From the NCBI GenBank assembly GCA_951406725.2, contig OX597817.1, positions 67,828,001-67,892,000 on the forward strand: a DNA stretch of 64,000 bases. The letters are read 5' to 3'. The notes under the pieces were generated by a model. It was not told where the DNA came from and did no database searches. It saw nothing but the letters and a program-made list of their open reading frames with translations. Origin of the DNA: Octopus vulgaris (lineage: Eukaryota). Both the position numbers and the translations under genes were made by a program. Positions 1 to 11,786 of this stretch are shown here, piece after piece; within the stretch, counting starts at the first letter, position 1, and every line of letters starts with the position of its first letter.

Positions 1-335
1 GGTTTGACGATAGGTATTTTCCTATCTGGCCAAGCTCTCATCACCTTCTTTAAGTACCACTTGAAGAGGGTAGAGAGGGAAGTAGTGCCTTCTAGTGTAT
101 CTATCCAAAGGTCGAAGACAGCAGCATGGCTGGTAAATCTGAATGAGCCAACCCTCAGAATGCCATACGTAAGAGGGAAAGAATAGGGAGAGTATACTTT
201 GGTACTTTCGATGCCTTGGAGATGTCAAAGTAATCCAAACCTTCTTGTATAGGATTTCCCCCGATTTCCCCTTCTGGAGTACCCTGCTAGGGAGATATTT
301 TTCTTGTTAAGTTTTTTTTAAATTTTATTTTTGTA
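1..335 (+). mobile_element. Degenerate 3' end of an L1/Tx1-like LINE (C-terminal ORF2 remnant and 3' UTR), truncated by window start
   Basis: Remnant peptide FLSGQALITFFKYHLKRVERE resembles C-termini of invertebrate Tx1-like ORF2. Recognition only, no catalytic motif visible. Confidence 0.35.
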
Positions 336-338
336 TAT

Positions 339-401
339 GATTTGATTTTGATTTTGATTTTTCCAGTTTCAGCTCATGAGCTGTGGCCATGCTGGGGCAC
401 C
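339..401 (-). mobile_element. 3'-terminal stub of the CR1/L2-group LINE family seen at 29.4-33.8 kb
   Basis: Minus strand GGTGCCCCAGCATGGCCACAGCTCATGAGCTGAAACTGG plus (AAAATC)n tail matches the LINE 3' UTR at 29470-29516. Confidence 0.8.
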
Positions 402-534
402 TGTTATATCTTAATAGTTGTTGATTTCTATTTGATTGATGCAAACCTCACCGTACCTGCCAAATATTTCGTTCTTTTATATTGTCCTCAATGTGTTGGG
501 CCCTTGTTGGTAGGAAAAAACATTATTATTTCAA

Positions 535-762
535 AGGCTATGAGCTGACAGAACTATTAGCGTATCGGACAAAATGCTTAGCGGCATTTTCTCTGGCTCT
601 CTTAAGTTAAAGAGCTCTGCCTCCTTAACTTCCGCCGAAGTTAAGTTTGCTTTTCCTTTTATCAGGTGTGATAAAATAAAGTATCATTTAAGTACTGTGT
701 TCAATATCATCCAGTAACCACAGACCCTCTAAAATTGCAGCCCTTGTACCAAAACTTCAAAT
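535..762 (+). mobile_element. Degenerate tRNA-derived SINE, family B
   Basis: GAGCTGACAGAACTATTAGCGTATCGGACAAAATGCTTAGCGGCATTT... aligns with the family B copies at 4715 and 16943. Confidence 0.7.
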
Positions 763-777
763 ATTTATTGTTATATA

Positions 778-935
778 GGCACAGGCGTGGCTGTGTGGTA
801 AGAAGCTTTCTTCCCAACTGCATGATCCGGGATCAGTACCACTGCGCGGAACCTTGGACAGGTGTCTTCTACTATAGCCTCGGGCCGACCAAAGCCTTGT
901 AAATGGATTTGGTAGACGGAAACTGAAAGAAGCCC
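778..935 (+). mobile_element. tRNA-derived CORE-like SINE, family A, 5' half
   Basis: GGCGTGGCTGTGTGGTAAGAAGC (A box), GGATCAGTACC (B-box-like), CCTTGGACAGGTGTCTTCTAC, ending GGAAACTGAAAGAAGCCC. Repeated at 3302, 42718, 50215, 53043. Confidence 0.85.
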
Positions 936-1063
936 ATATTCCTGGTGTAAGATAATATATGGTAGCCGATAATAGTCGAGGAGCTTTGAAATGGACGTTA
1001 TAACTTCATTGCCCAGACACCCAGGTGACATTAAATTGTATTTGCATTATATATATGTTTTTG

Positions 1064-1107
<44 letters not shown>

Positions 1108-1209
1108 TCACACACACATACATGTGTGTATCTATGGGGATGGGGTGCGCACGCACCATGTAAAAGACTCTACAGACTGTGATAATCGATAAAATAAAAG
1201 TAAAATTAT

Positions 1210-1292
1210 AAAATTTATTCTCTCCTTGCCGTCCGACACCAAGTGATCTGCGGTGCGATACTGGTCTGTGTCCTGGTGGTTGGGGACCCCTG
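1210..1292 (-). mobile_element. Terminus of a hAT/Charlie (MER1-like) MITE
   Basis: Minus strand begins CAGGGGTCCCCAACCACCAGG, a Charlie-type TIR. The partner TIR was not found. Confidence 0.55.
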
Positions 1293-1579
1293 CTATACAG
1301 GGTGCAAAGGAATACGTTCCACCCACTCTACTGCCTGACTAGCAGAGAAATTAGAGCGCCTGATTGTATTTCATGTATTGGGGGCCCAGTGTTAGTCTTC
1401 GCTTGAACTAGGGTACAACCAAGGGTTGTAAGAAGGCCTTTGAATCATTTCCAACTGAGCTGCAACTAAATAACAATAACAGCAATTTAATTAAATAAAA
1501 AAAATTATGATCAGTAGATAAATATAAATTACGCGGACAAAATTATTGCAGTGAAACATATAATAGGCCTGATATCGCT

Positions 1580-1805
1580 GTTGTTAATGATGATGATCAT
1601 GGTGACGTTTACGAGGATGATATTGAGAATGGTTATGCTGCTGCTGCTGATGAGGATGAGGATGAGGATGAGGATGACGACGACGACGACGATGATAACG
1701 ACGACGATGACGACGACCATGTTGATGATGACAACGAAAGCGACGACAATGACGACATCGGCAATGAAAAAGTGATGACGATGATGATTAATAAGCTGGC
1801 TATGG

Positions 1806-1853
<48 letters not shown>

Positions 1854-1935
1854 GGTTGAGGCTGACATCGACAACTCATATGACAATGATGAGGACGACA
1901 ACAATGGCGATGATGACCACCACGATAACAATAAA
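1580..1935. repeat. Compound (GAT)n/(GAC)n trinucleotide microsatellite
   Basis: Visible directly; source of the poly-M, poly-H and poly-T pseudo-ORFs. Confidence 0.95.
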
Positions 1936-2272
1936 TACTACTTTCTTCTCTCTCTTTCTCTCTCTCTCTCCCTCTCTCTCAACCCCCCTCTCTCTCAGTC
2001 TCTTCCTTTCTGTTTCTTACATTGCTGGAATGTCAGATTTCGATACAATATCTAATGAAAAATGAATATGCTAGACATTTCTTGTGTCACAACAAACAAT
2101 TAATTTAGATAAAAAATAAAACAATAAATAAAATACGAAGGAAAAACAATAAACAAGCAAAACTAAAATTATTAAAGTTATTCTTATACAGCTTATCAAT
2201 GTTCTGTATCTGAAAAGCGTATGAATGAAATGTTGGGAGAGACCGACCAATAGATCGTACATGTACGTATGC

Positions 2273-3016
2273 TTGCGCCACCAAAAGTGAACAATATCAT
2301 CGTTGTAGGCGCGAAATTGTTATGGTCTTATGGACAATGACTGGTGGGGAATTAGCTACGACTTGTATGTGAATTTTACGTTTGTTGTGTTTCTGTTAAA
2401 TTTTTGACATATTTTTTAAAGTATCACCACTTACTTTCATATTATTTTTTACTCATTCTGTAGAATATTCAGTAGAATAGTTTTTGCGCGACGTCTGTTT
2501 CTGTCTTTTTTGTCTTCCTCTCAGTTTTTGCGCGACGTCTGTTTCTGTCCTTTTTGTCTTCCTCTCCCTCTCTTTCTCTCTCTCCCTCTCTAACACTTCT
2601 CTCTGTGTTACTTCTGTTCCTCTGCCTTCCACCACTTTTTCCCTCTCCTCCCACAACTTCGTGACCGAGACCATTCACATCTCTCTCGTCCATTTCCTTT
2701 TTCGGCTCACCTTTGACACGATCAGTCACGTTTGTCTCTACTCCTCCACCTTTTTTACACGGTTTATTTTCTTCACCTTTACTTTTTTATGTTTCAGTCA
2801 TTAGACCACGGCCATGCTGGGGCAACATGTTTGCATATCCACATTTTGTCGCGTTTATCTTTGTCATTGTCTTGTACGTTCATTGGCTATCCCCAGTGGC
2901 TTCTCAGCATTGGCGCCACCGAGAGTGAACAATATGATTGTTATAGGCACGAAATTGTTATAATCTTTTGAACGATGACTGATGAGGAATTAGCTTCGTC
3001 TTGAATGTGAATTTTC
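2273..3016 (+). mobile_element. Non-autonomous element family F: about 105-bp direct repeats (2273-2377, 2911-3016) about 640 bp apart, each with a permuted hammerhead-like motif
   Basis: GCGCCACC..AGTGAACAATAT...GAAATTGTTAT...GAATTAGCT.CG.CTTG.ATGTGAATTTT occurs twice, with a CT-rich interior and an internal 44-bp duplication. Confidence 0.7.
2928..2997 (+). ncRNA. Putative non-circularly permuted hammerhead ribozyme (family F)
   Basis: AACAAT-A-TGATTGTT-ATAGGCAC-GAA-ATTGTT-11nt-AACGATGA-CTGATGA-GG. Stem III AACAAT/ATTGTT 6/6, stem I 7/8, core CUGAUGA and GAAA intact. Confidence 0.55.
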
Positions 3017-3224
3017 AGTAAGATTATTGAAACATTATATATATGTATATATATATATGTATATTTAAAGAGCTAAAAACCACTATGTGGACAGCCATAT
3101 GCTAGAAGTAGATCACCTACGATCAAACTACAAAGAAAGAATGTTCTCTAGAGAAAAATTCAGCGGGCATCAGAACAATAGGCGGGCAAGACAGATGAAA
3201 ATTATATAAAAAACAAGAATTAAT

Positions 3225-3265
3225 CGCAAACCGGTTTCGCCTATTAACGAATACATCACTTACGT
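3225..3265 (-). ncRNA. Degenerate minimal type I hammerhead relic in a Penelope-like pLTR fragment
   Basis: Minus strand CGTAA-GTGATGT-ATTCGTTAATAGGC-GAA-ACCGGT-T-TGCG. Palindromic stem III, core mutated. Confidence 0.35.
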
Positions 3266-3301
3266 AATATATATATATATTTATATATATATATATACTG
3301 T

Positions 3302-4145
3302 AGGACAAGAATGGCTGTGTGGTAAGTAGCTTGCTCACCAACCACATGGTTCCGGGTTCAGTTCCACTGCGTGATACCTTGAGCAATTGTCTTCTACTAT
3401 AGCATCGGGCCAACCAAAGCCTTGTGAGTGGATTTGGTAGACGGAAACTGAAAGAAGCCCGTCGTATATGTATTCTTTTCTCTGTTTCAGTCATTTGACT
3501 GCAGCCATGCTGGAGCACCGCTTTTAGTCGAACAAATCGACCCCGGGACTTATTATTTATAAGCCTAGTACTTATTCTATCGTTCTCTTTTGCCGAGCCG
3601 CTAAGTGACGGGCTGCATAAGCACACAACATCGGTTGTCAAGCTATAGAGGGGGTACAAACACAGACATACACACGCATACACATAGACACATATATACA
3701 TGTATATATACGACAAGATTCTTTCAATTTTCGTCTACCAAATCCATTCACAAGGGTTTGGTCAACCCGAGTCTCTAGTAGAAGACACTTGCGCAAGGTT
3801 CCACGCAGTGGGACTGAACCCGGAACCATGTAGTCGGTAAGCAAGCTACTTACCACACAGCCACGCATGTGTATATATATTTATTTATGTGTGTGTACCT
3901 TTGTGTCTGTGTTTGCCCCATTCCCCGCTTGACAACCGGTGTTGGTGTGGTTACGTCCCCATAACTTAATGGTTTGGCAAAACAGACTGATAGAATAAGT
4001 ATCAGTCTTTAAAAACATTAAGTACTGGGGTCGATACATTCAACTAAAACAAGAAACAAAATTCTTCAAGTTGGTGCTCCAGCGTGGCCGCGGTCTAATG
4101 AATGAAAGAAACAAAATAGAAAAAAGAAAGAAAGAAAAAAGAATA
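3302..4145 (+). mobile_element. Family A SINE (outer copy), split by an antisense family A copy
   Basis: 5' half 3302-3472 and 3' half 3890-4145 (GCTTGACAACCGG...GGTGCTCCAGCGTGGCCGCGGTCTAATGAATGAAA). Confidence 0.85.
3473..3868 (-). mobile_element. Family A SINE, full-length inner copy
   Basis: Minus strand GTGGCTGTGTGGTAAGTAGCTTGCTTACC at 3863, internal microsatellite, and tail GGTGCTCCAGCATGGCTGCAGTCAAATGACTGAAACAG. Confidence 0.9.
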
Positions 4146-4296
4146 AGATCTGGTGACTGTAGAGAATTACTTAGTTCAGTGCAATTCTGTTACGGAATAA
4201 AAATACATACGGAGATGACGTTGACTTTCATTTTACTGAGAGGTCGATAAATGAGTAACATTAGTCAACAGGAATCTAATAAAAAAATTTTAAAAA

Positions 4297-4605
4297 CTTG
4301 CACCCTGTCGGTTACGATGACGAAGGTTCCAGTTGATCCGATCAACGGAACGGCCTGTTCGTGAAATAAACGTGCAAGTGGCTGAACACTCTACAAACAC
4401 GCGTACCCTTAACGTAGTTGCCATGGAGATTCAGGGAGATTCAGAATTTGATAAAGCTGGCTTTTTGAAATACAGGTACAACTCATTTGCGCCAGCTGAT
4501 TGAACTGGAGCAACGTGAAATAAAGTGTCTTGCTCAAGGACACAACGCCCTGCCGCTTTTCAAACTCACGACTTACTACCATGAGTCGAATACCCTAACC
4601 ACCAA
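4297..4605 (-). mobile_element. tRNA-derived SINE, family C
   Basis: Minus strand GTGGTTAGGGTATTCGACTCATG...GTTGTGTCCTTGAGCAAGACACTTTATTTCACGTTGCTCCAGT. Homologues at 19029 and 49500-49860. Confidence 0.8.
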
Positions 4606-4714
4606 TATGCTAACCACTGAATGTGGAAAAATAAAATAAAATTGAAAAAATTGAGAAAAATATTTTAAAATGTGAAGTACCAGTGTGTTATTAATAAGAT
4701 GGTACCTAACGGAG

Positions 4715-5315
4715 ACGGCGAGCTGGCAGAAACGTTAGTACGCCGAACGAAATGCTTAGCGGTATTTCGTCTGCGTTACGTTCTGAGTTCAAATTCCGCC
4801 GGGGTCGACTTTGCCTTTCATCCTTTCGGGGTCGATTAAATAAGTACAAGTTACGCACTGGGATCGATAAAATCGACTTAATCCGTTTGTCTGTCCTTGT
4901 TTGTCCTCTCTGTGTTTAGCCCCTTGTGGGTAGTAAAGAAATAGGTATTTCGTCTGCCGCTACGTTCTGAGTTCAAATTCCGCGGAGGTCGACTTTGCCT
5001 TTCATCCTTTCCGGGTCGATTAAATAAGTACCAGTTACGCACTGGGGTCGATATAATCGACTTAATCCGTTTGTTTGTCCTTGTTTGTCCCCTCCGCGGA
5101 CAATAAAGAAATAAGAAACGTTAGCACGCCGGGCGAAATGCTTAGCCGTATTTCTTCTGTCTTTACGTTCTGAGTTCAAATTCCTCCAAGGTCGACTTCG
5201 CCTTTCATCCTTTGGGATTCGATAAATTAAGTACCAGTTGCGTACTAGGTCCGATCTAATCGACAGGCTCCCTCCCACAAAATTTCTTGCCTTGTGCCTA
5301 TAGTAGAAAAGAATA
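4715..5315 (+). mobile_element. tRNA-derived SINE family B, multimeric (three tandem core units)
   Basis: GGCGAGCTGGCAGAAACGTTAG head. TTACGTTCTGAGTTCAAATTCC...GCCTTTCATCCTTT.GGGGTCGAT (Nin/Deu-like central domain) is repeated three times. Confidence 0.9.
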
Positions 5316-6011
5316 TCTTTACCGCCTGGAATCCAGTACGCTGAGATTTGGCTGCTATTTCACGCAGTCGAGATACTACGTTGAGGCTCCCTTTCTTAAA
5401 GTACTTAGTGCAGTAAGACTAATTGTCTATTTCCCACCTCTAACTTCACACTTTCATTTTACACAACTTCCAATGTTTTCATAATTCTCAACGACTTAAA
5501 TGTAGTAATTGTTAGTGAGAGGGTTGAGAGGGAAATGTGTACGTGCGTTGTAGGTCTGTTTGAACGGAAGGAGGAAGTTAATTTGATGAAAGAAAGAGTG
5601 TAGGCTGGACAATTAAAGAGACCAAAACAAAATGCTTTAATGATAAGAATCTTAAGGAGGGGTGAGGGAAAGCGAGAGGGGCGATTGAATGTTATTACTT
5701 CTTAAGATGTGGAGAGTGTGAATAAGAGGGAGAGCGAGAGAGATGAAGAGAAAGAGACGGAGAAGGAAAGAGTGGTGAAGATTGAAATAAAGATCTCCAA
5801 AGGGAGGGTGGGAGAAAGAAAGAGAAAGAAAGGCAGTAAGAAAGAGAGAGAAGCGGGAAAAGGACTGGAAGAAAGGGAGGCAAATGTTAAGCAGTGGGAA
5901 CAGAGAGAACTGATTATTATCTGATGTAAGGTGCAAAGCAATTTATGTAAAAATTTCACTTCAGAATAATTATACTATTATAATATATTGCTTAATTAAC
6001 ATTGAGGGGGA

Positions 6012-6396
6012 AGGCAGCGAGCTAGCAGAATCGTTAGCACGCCGGGCGAAATGTGTTGCCGTATTTCGCTTGCCGTTACGTTCTGAGTTCAAATTCCGCC
6101 GAGGTCGACATTACCTTTCACCCTTTTGGGGTCGATAAATTAAGTACCAGTTACGCACTGGAGTCGATGTAATCGACTTAATCCGTTTGTCCGTCCTTGT
6201 TTGTCCTCTCTGTGTTTAACCCCTTGTAGGTAGTAAAGAAATAGCATATCGTCTGCCGTTACGTTCTGAGTTCAAATTCTGCCGAGGTCGATTTTGCTTT
6301 TCATCCTTTCAGGGTCGATAAATTAAGTACCAGTCGATCTAATCGACTGGCCCCCTCCCCCAAAATTTTGGGCCTTGTGCCTAGAGTAGAAAAGAA
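6012..6396 (+). mobile_element. Family B SINE, dimeric, with probable TSD AATTAACATTGAG
   Basis: Same head and core as 4715; AATTAACATTGAG flanks both ends. Confidence 0.9.
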
Positions 6397-6737
6397 TTAA
6401 CATTGAGAGGTAGTGGCTGTTACACGCTCGCGCGATTCGCCAAGCAGAGGAGTGAATGGTAAGTTCGGAATGAAAAACAGAAAGCATTCCCAGACTTCCT
6501 TCTTTCGTAAGAGTTTTTATTTTAAAAAAAACTGACAGGCTCTAAATATGAATTATTTATAAGAGCAGAAAAATCTACTCTCATTATGTTGTGCGACAAG
6601 GGGAGTTAAATCTATGTCTTAGTCCTTTACCGAACAGAAAGGAGAAGAAAGAAAATGACAATGTCTCATGTCCTCAAACTGTTAAGTGCGGCTCTGACTA
6701 TGTATGGAATAATGTCGCCAAAATTCATATGCATAAT

Positions 6738-6946
6738 ATTGGTTTCAAATTTTGGCACAAGGGCAAGATTTTCGGGGGAAGAAAATAAGTCGATTACATC
6801 GAGCCTAGAAACGCGACTGGTACTTATTTTACCGACCTCCAAGGAATGAAGGGCAAAGTCACCCTCGGCGGAATTTGAACATGGAACGTAAAGACGAAAT
6901 GCCGCTGAGCATTTTACCCGACTCTGTCATCTAACGATTCTGCCTT
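6738..6946 (-). mobile_element. Family B SINE
   Basis: Reverse complement of the family B head, core and CAAAATTTGAAACC tail. Confidence 0.85.
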
Positions 6947-8213
6947 AATCATATGCATAATATTGAAAATAAAAGGGGGAAAAGACAGGCCGAGATAGTG
7001 CGTTACACACCTGCACAAACCTTATTCCACAATACTTAGTGTGGCACGATAAAAATTTGTAAAAACGACACTGACCGCGATATTGACTCGTTGTTACTTT
7101 TGTGGCCTGATACGAACAGATGGTATGCACAAAAGTAACCCGCCAAAATGGGTAAGTGCTCGGGTGTTCCCTATATTGTATATAATAACCCTCAAAAACC
7201 ATAGAGTAATTCTGGAACGTGCTCTGTCATTGGTTCATAAAGATAAGTCATGAAACTTATAGCGCAGGCCAAAAAGCCCATCTGTTACCCTTGATGCAGT
7301 AAGATTCATATGAAAGCTTTCTTCTCTAGGAGCGAGAAAAGCCATGCTAAAGACAGCAACACAGCCAGCAACACAACTATCATCACCACCAATAGTAGCA
7401 GCAGTAAGTCCTGGAGGTTTCTGTTTTCTCAGCAACGACAGTTACAACTCCGAAAATACTTTTCTTTCAGTCACAAGAGCTGAGCATAAAGCAAAGAGAC
7501 ATCCATCTCTTTGCTGATTATTACTCGCAGCGTCTCCATTTCGTCTTACAACAATGAGAAAACGATGAAATAACAAGGAGAGTAAATATTACTGGAGATA
7601 GCAGGAGAAAGCAAGCAATACAAAAAGAACTCAGCAGTCAAGAACCTTAAGAGACGACTAGCAAAATGTATGATGAGAAGCAAATCTCCCCTTCACCATT
7701 GTCCTTAGAATTGCACGAAATTCGCAGTTCTTTGCATACACTCACACAAACAAATCACGAACGGTTAGAGTTACAGAACAATCTAAAGGAAATTTAAGAG
7801 AATATTACAGGATAGGGTCCGATTTCGTGGAACAGTTGAATAAAAAACTGCTCTGTGAAAGCCACCCAAGTACTTGATGATCATCCAATGCGTAATTCCT
7901 TAGAGAACGTCTCCAACCTGACATCAAAGATGCTCACGGGCACCTTCAGGTGTACTTGTTTGAAGACTAATAGGTGACTAATGTTGAGGGGTTTTCTGAG
8001 CCAACATAGCTACTGGGTTCTCCCTAGGGTGAGCCAGAATTTGCTTCATGTTGAAATTGTCTTGCTTTAATTATTGTTTTTCATACAATCATATATATTT
8101 ATTACGTGTTTACTTTTTACCCAATTTTAAATATATACATTGTACTGTGTTCTTACCCCTCCTCTAGTTTTTACAAGACCTTGTTCCATCTGCACACGTT
8201 TGTAACGTAACTA

Positions 8214-9498
8214 CGAGGGGCGTTCAATAAGTAATGCCCCTGACCCACTTCCCATAGCAGTAGAGCAACGAAACTTGGCACAGTTATTAGTCTTTTTCTA
8301 CATAGGAACCACCCAGAGTTACGCATTTCTCCCATTGTTTGATGCAGCTCTGGAGACCGTTTTTGTAGAAGACCCCAGCTTGGTCCTCTAACCTGAACGT
8401 GACTTCAGAAATCAAGGCTGCATCATCTGGGAAACGCTTTCCTTTCAAAAACAACTTCATGACTGGGAAGAGGTGAAAATCAGAGGGTGCAAGGTCAGGA
8501 AAGTAGGGGGATGGGGGAGGAGTTCATAGCCATACGCCTGTGCTTCTGATCTGGCGACAAGCGAGTTGTGGACCGGAGCGTTGTCCTGCAGGAGGAGGAT
8601 GCTTTTGCCGATCTTGCCTCGCCTCTTGATTTTGATAACTTCTCTTAATTTCCTCAAAAGTGAAGCATAATAGGCTCCTGCAATTGTGGTACCCTTTTCC
8701 AGGAAATCTGTCATCACTACTCCGTCCTGGTCCCAGAAGACTGTGAGCATGACCTTGCCAGAGGAGGGCTGCACCCTTGCCTTCTTTGGAGGGGGTGAGT
8801 CACGGTGCTTCCCCTGCATTGACTGGGGCTTTGGTCTCTGAATCATCGTGATGGACCCAGGTTTCATCCTGTGTAATCAGTCTTTTGAAAAATTTTGACT
8901 CATCTTCTTGGCACATCTCCAAATTCACCCTCGAGCACTCGACGCGTTCTTGCTTCTGGAAAGTCGTGAGCAACCTGGGAATCCATCTGGCAGACACCTT
9001 TTGCACATGCAAATGGTCATGAATGATAGTTTCCACAAACCCGGTACTAATCTTGACCTCATGGGCTATTTGGCGAATAATTATGCGTCGATCTTCCAAA
9101 ATGGCAGCCTCAACTTGACGGACAGATGCCTCATCAATGGCAGAAGGGGCGACCAGATCTGGGAGCTGTTTCCACAGAGTTCCGACCATGTTTGAATTCA
9201 CGATACCAGCGTTTTACAAGGTCATATGATGGGGCATCATTACCATAAGTTACTTTCATTTCATCAAAAGTCTCCCGTGGTGTGCGTCCTTTCAAATACA
9301 AAAACCGGATCACTGCTCGACATTGAACATGCTCCATTTCACACTTGACTCGGTTCAAACACCTGTAAATCAGAAATTAATTCAGAGCTGTAATTTGCCA
9401 CTTACTCTATAGAGATATAAATAATTGCACATGCAAAATTTCAGCTAGATCAAACAACTGCAAGTGGGTCAGAGGCATTATTTATTGAACGTCCCTCG
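8214..9498 (-). mobile_element. Full-length mariner (DD34D) DNA transposon, irritans-like TIR
   Basis: About 37-bp TIRs CGAGGGGCGTTCAATAAGTAATGCCCCTGACCCACTT and AAGTGGGTCAGAGGCATTATTTATTGAACGTCCCTCG, TA duplication at 8212-13 and 9499-500, length 1285 bp. Confidence 0.95.
8287..9358 (-). pseudogene. Frameshifted mariner transposase
   Basis: HTH RAVIRFLYLKG, SARWIPRLLT, ITQDETWVH, GKVMLTVFWD, LLQDNAPVH...HPP..PDLAPSDF (34-residue D-D spacing), C-terminal GGSYVEKD. Split over at least three frames. Confidence 0.95.
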
Positions 9499-9557
9499 TA
9501 TGTCTGCATTAATCTCTCATGCGAATGACTGGGTACTCGGTGGCAAATAAATCAATA

Positions 9558-9925
9558 TTAGAATCGTTAGCACGCCGGGAAAAACGCTTAGCGGCTTTTC
9601 GTCCGTCTTCATGTTCTGAGTTCAAATTCCGTTGAGATCGGCTTTGCATTTCACCCTTTCGGGGTCGATAAAATAAGTACTAGCTGAACTCAGGGATTTA
9701 TATAATCGACTTATCCCCTCCCCAAAATTGCTGGCCTTGTGCCAAAATTTGAAACTAATATTAGAATCGTTAGGGCGTCGGATACAGTGTCTTGTATTTC
9801 TTTCGACTCTTTACAATCTAGGTTCAATTCTTGCTGAGGCTAGCTTTACCATTCATTCTTTCCTTGACTCACTGCCCTTTCCTCTAAATTGCTAACTTTG
9901 TACCTAAATCAGTAACCATTATTAC
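9558..9925 (+). mobile_element. Family B SINE plus a degenerate second copy
   Basis: AGAATCGTTAGCACGCCGGG...GAGTTCAAATTCC...CCTTTCGGGGTCGATAAAATAAGTAC, then a second AGAATCGTTAG unit. Confidence 0.85.
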
Positions 9926-10138
9926 TATCATTAGCTTTGTTACATCACCGAAAACTGAGTCTGCACATTCGCTTCCACCACATACCTTCTTGCAGTTAAG
10001 CCTCAAAGATTCTGCTCGCTTACTGCTTTGTGCATTCAGTGATGAAAACACTAGCATTGCGCTGTTTCACTTTCTGTAAATTTAAAAGTTGTTATCCCAG
10101 TTTTGGATGAAAATGTAGTTATAAATGCAAACAAAATA

Positions 10139-10634
10139 CGAGGGTGAGTCAAAGAGTAATGCCATTTTGTTTAGGACAGGTATAATTACCAACACAGGAA
10201 CGTGTATCATACATCAAAACGAAGCTGGTCCTTTGTGGATCATATCCCTACTTCTCAACATAGTCACCGTTTCTCTCAATAACCTTTGAATGAGAGCATG
10301 TATCCCTGCCCCGTAAAATTCTGTTGACCGTTCTTTGAGCCACTTCTTCACTACAGTTTTCACTTCCTTGTCAGACTATCATCTCTTCGACCCCAGGAAG
10401 TGAAAACTGTAGTGAAGAAGTGGCTCAAAGAACAGTCAACAGAATTTTACAGGGCAGGAATACATGCTCTCATTCAAAGGTGGAGCATTGCTATTGAGAG
10501 AAACGGTGACTATGTTGAGAAGTAGGGATATGATCCACAGAGGACCAGCTTCGTTTTGATGTATGATACATGTTCCTGTGTTGGTAATTATATCTGTCCT
10601 AAACAAAATGGCATTACTTTTTGACTCACCCTCG
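10139..10634. mobile_element. Palindromic (foldback) mariner-derived MITE built from two inverted 3' ends
   Basis: Arms 10139-10368 and 10395-10634 are near-perfect reverse complements, termini CGAGGGTGAGTCAAA, TA TSD. The right arm encodes the mariner C-terminus EVKTVVKKWLKEQSTEFYRAGIHALIQRWSIAIERNGDYVEK*. Confidence 0.93.
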
Positions 10635-10733
10635 TATATTTACGGATATATTTCAGATGCAAACGAAATATATTTATATACGTAAAAAAAGGACATTTTA
10701 TATTAGTAAATACACCCATATTATATATATATA

Positions 10734-10795
<62 letters not shown>

Positions 10796-11310
10796 AGTCA
10801 AAATTCTCTAATCTTAATCGGGTTTTAATTTTAAAAAATGAATCTAAAAAATTCTGATGTAAACATCGTTGTTGCTTAAAATAAATCGGATGACCGATTT
10901 TTTTTTAAAAAACAAGACTTTGTAAAAATTTAGGCAGGGGTGGGGTTTCAAAATTCACGCTTAAATGAATTAGTACCAAATATATGGAGCTAAAACCGAT
11001 AGGATTCGAGAAAACAAAGTTGTGGTTGTCGTTGTTTAGCCTCAAATGAACTCTGAAGGTATTGAGTTCTATATCAGATAATGTTTCCACCATGTATAAT
11101 ACATATTCATATATATTTTACCCCTCTTACATTATATATATACGTACGTACATACATACATACATACATACATACATACATACATACATACATACATACA
11201 TACATACATACATACATGCATACATACATACATACATGCATACATACATATATACATATATATATAGACATAATATATATATATATAAAAAAAAATATAT
11301 ATATATATAT

Positions 11311-11615
11311 GGGTACAGGGCGTCATCAACAGTAAACAAATTGTAATACAAAAACAATGAGAGAAACAAATGGAGAACAGGACAAGGACTAGTAACATAA
11401 AGAACGATCCGTCATCAGTTATCGGTTGTCTGTCTACTCCTCATTTCGAGCATTGAACGACAATATGAGTCTTCGAAGACAGTTGCTCCCACAATACCAA
11501 AATAAAATTTAGGATTTATGGAGGGTCAAAGTTGGGAACTAGAACAAGACAATGGAGACATACAAGGGAAGAAGCAAGCAAGCACGCACACAAGCAAGCG
11601 AACTCACAGACTTTT
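11311..11615 (-). mobile_element. Family D non-autonomous retroelement-like repeat (copy D1) with permuted hammerhead-like motif at 11406-11469
   Basis: Shares the 3' end TGACG(T/C)CCTGTACCCAT plus (TA)n, and the GCTCGAAA...CTGATGA motif, with six other copies. Confidence 0.8.
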
Positions 11616-11625
11616 AGTATTTTAT

Positions 11626-11695
<70 letters not shown>

Positions 11696-11733
11696 ATATA
11701 TACTTACGTATATGTACATACTTATATCTATAC

Positions 11734-11782
<49 letters not shown>

Positions 11783-11786
<4 letters not shown>

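Noticed and set aside
1529-2065. Poly-His and poly-Met ORFs
   Set aside because: (GAT)n microsatellite artefact.
4715-5315. Regularly repeated units resembling a CRISPR array or tRNA cluster
   Set aside because: Multimeric SINE in a eukaryotic context; no unique spacers, cas genes or intact cloverleaf.
7200-8050. Possible LTR retrotransposon or integrase relic
   Set aside because: Only vague peptide resemblance; no LTR, PBS or catalytic motif could be supported.
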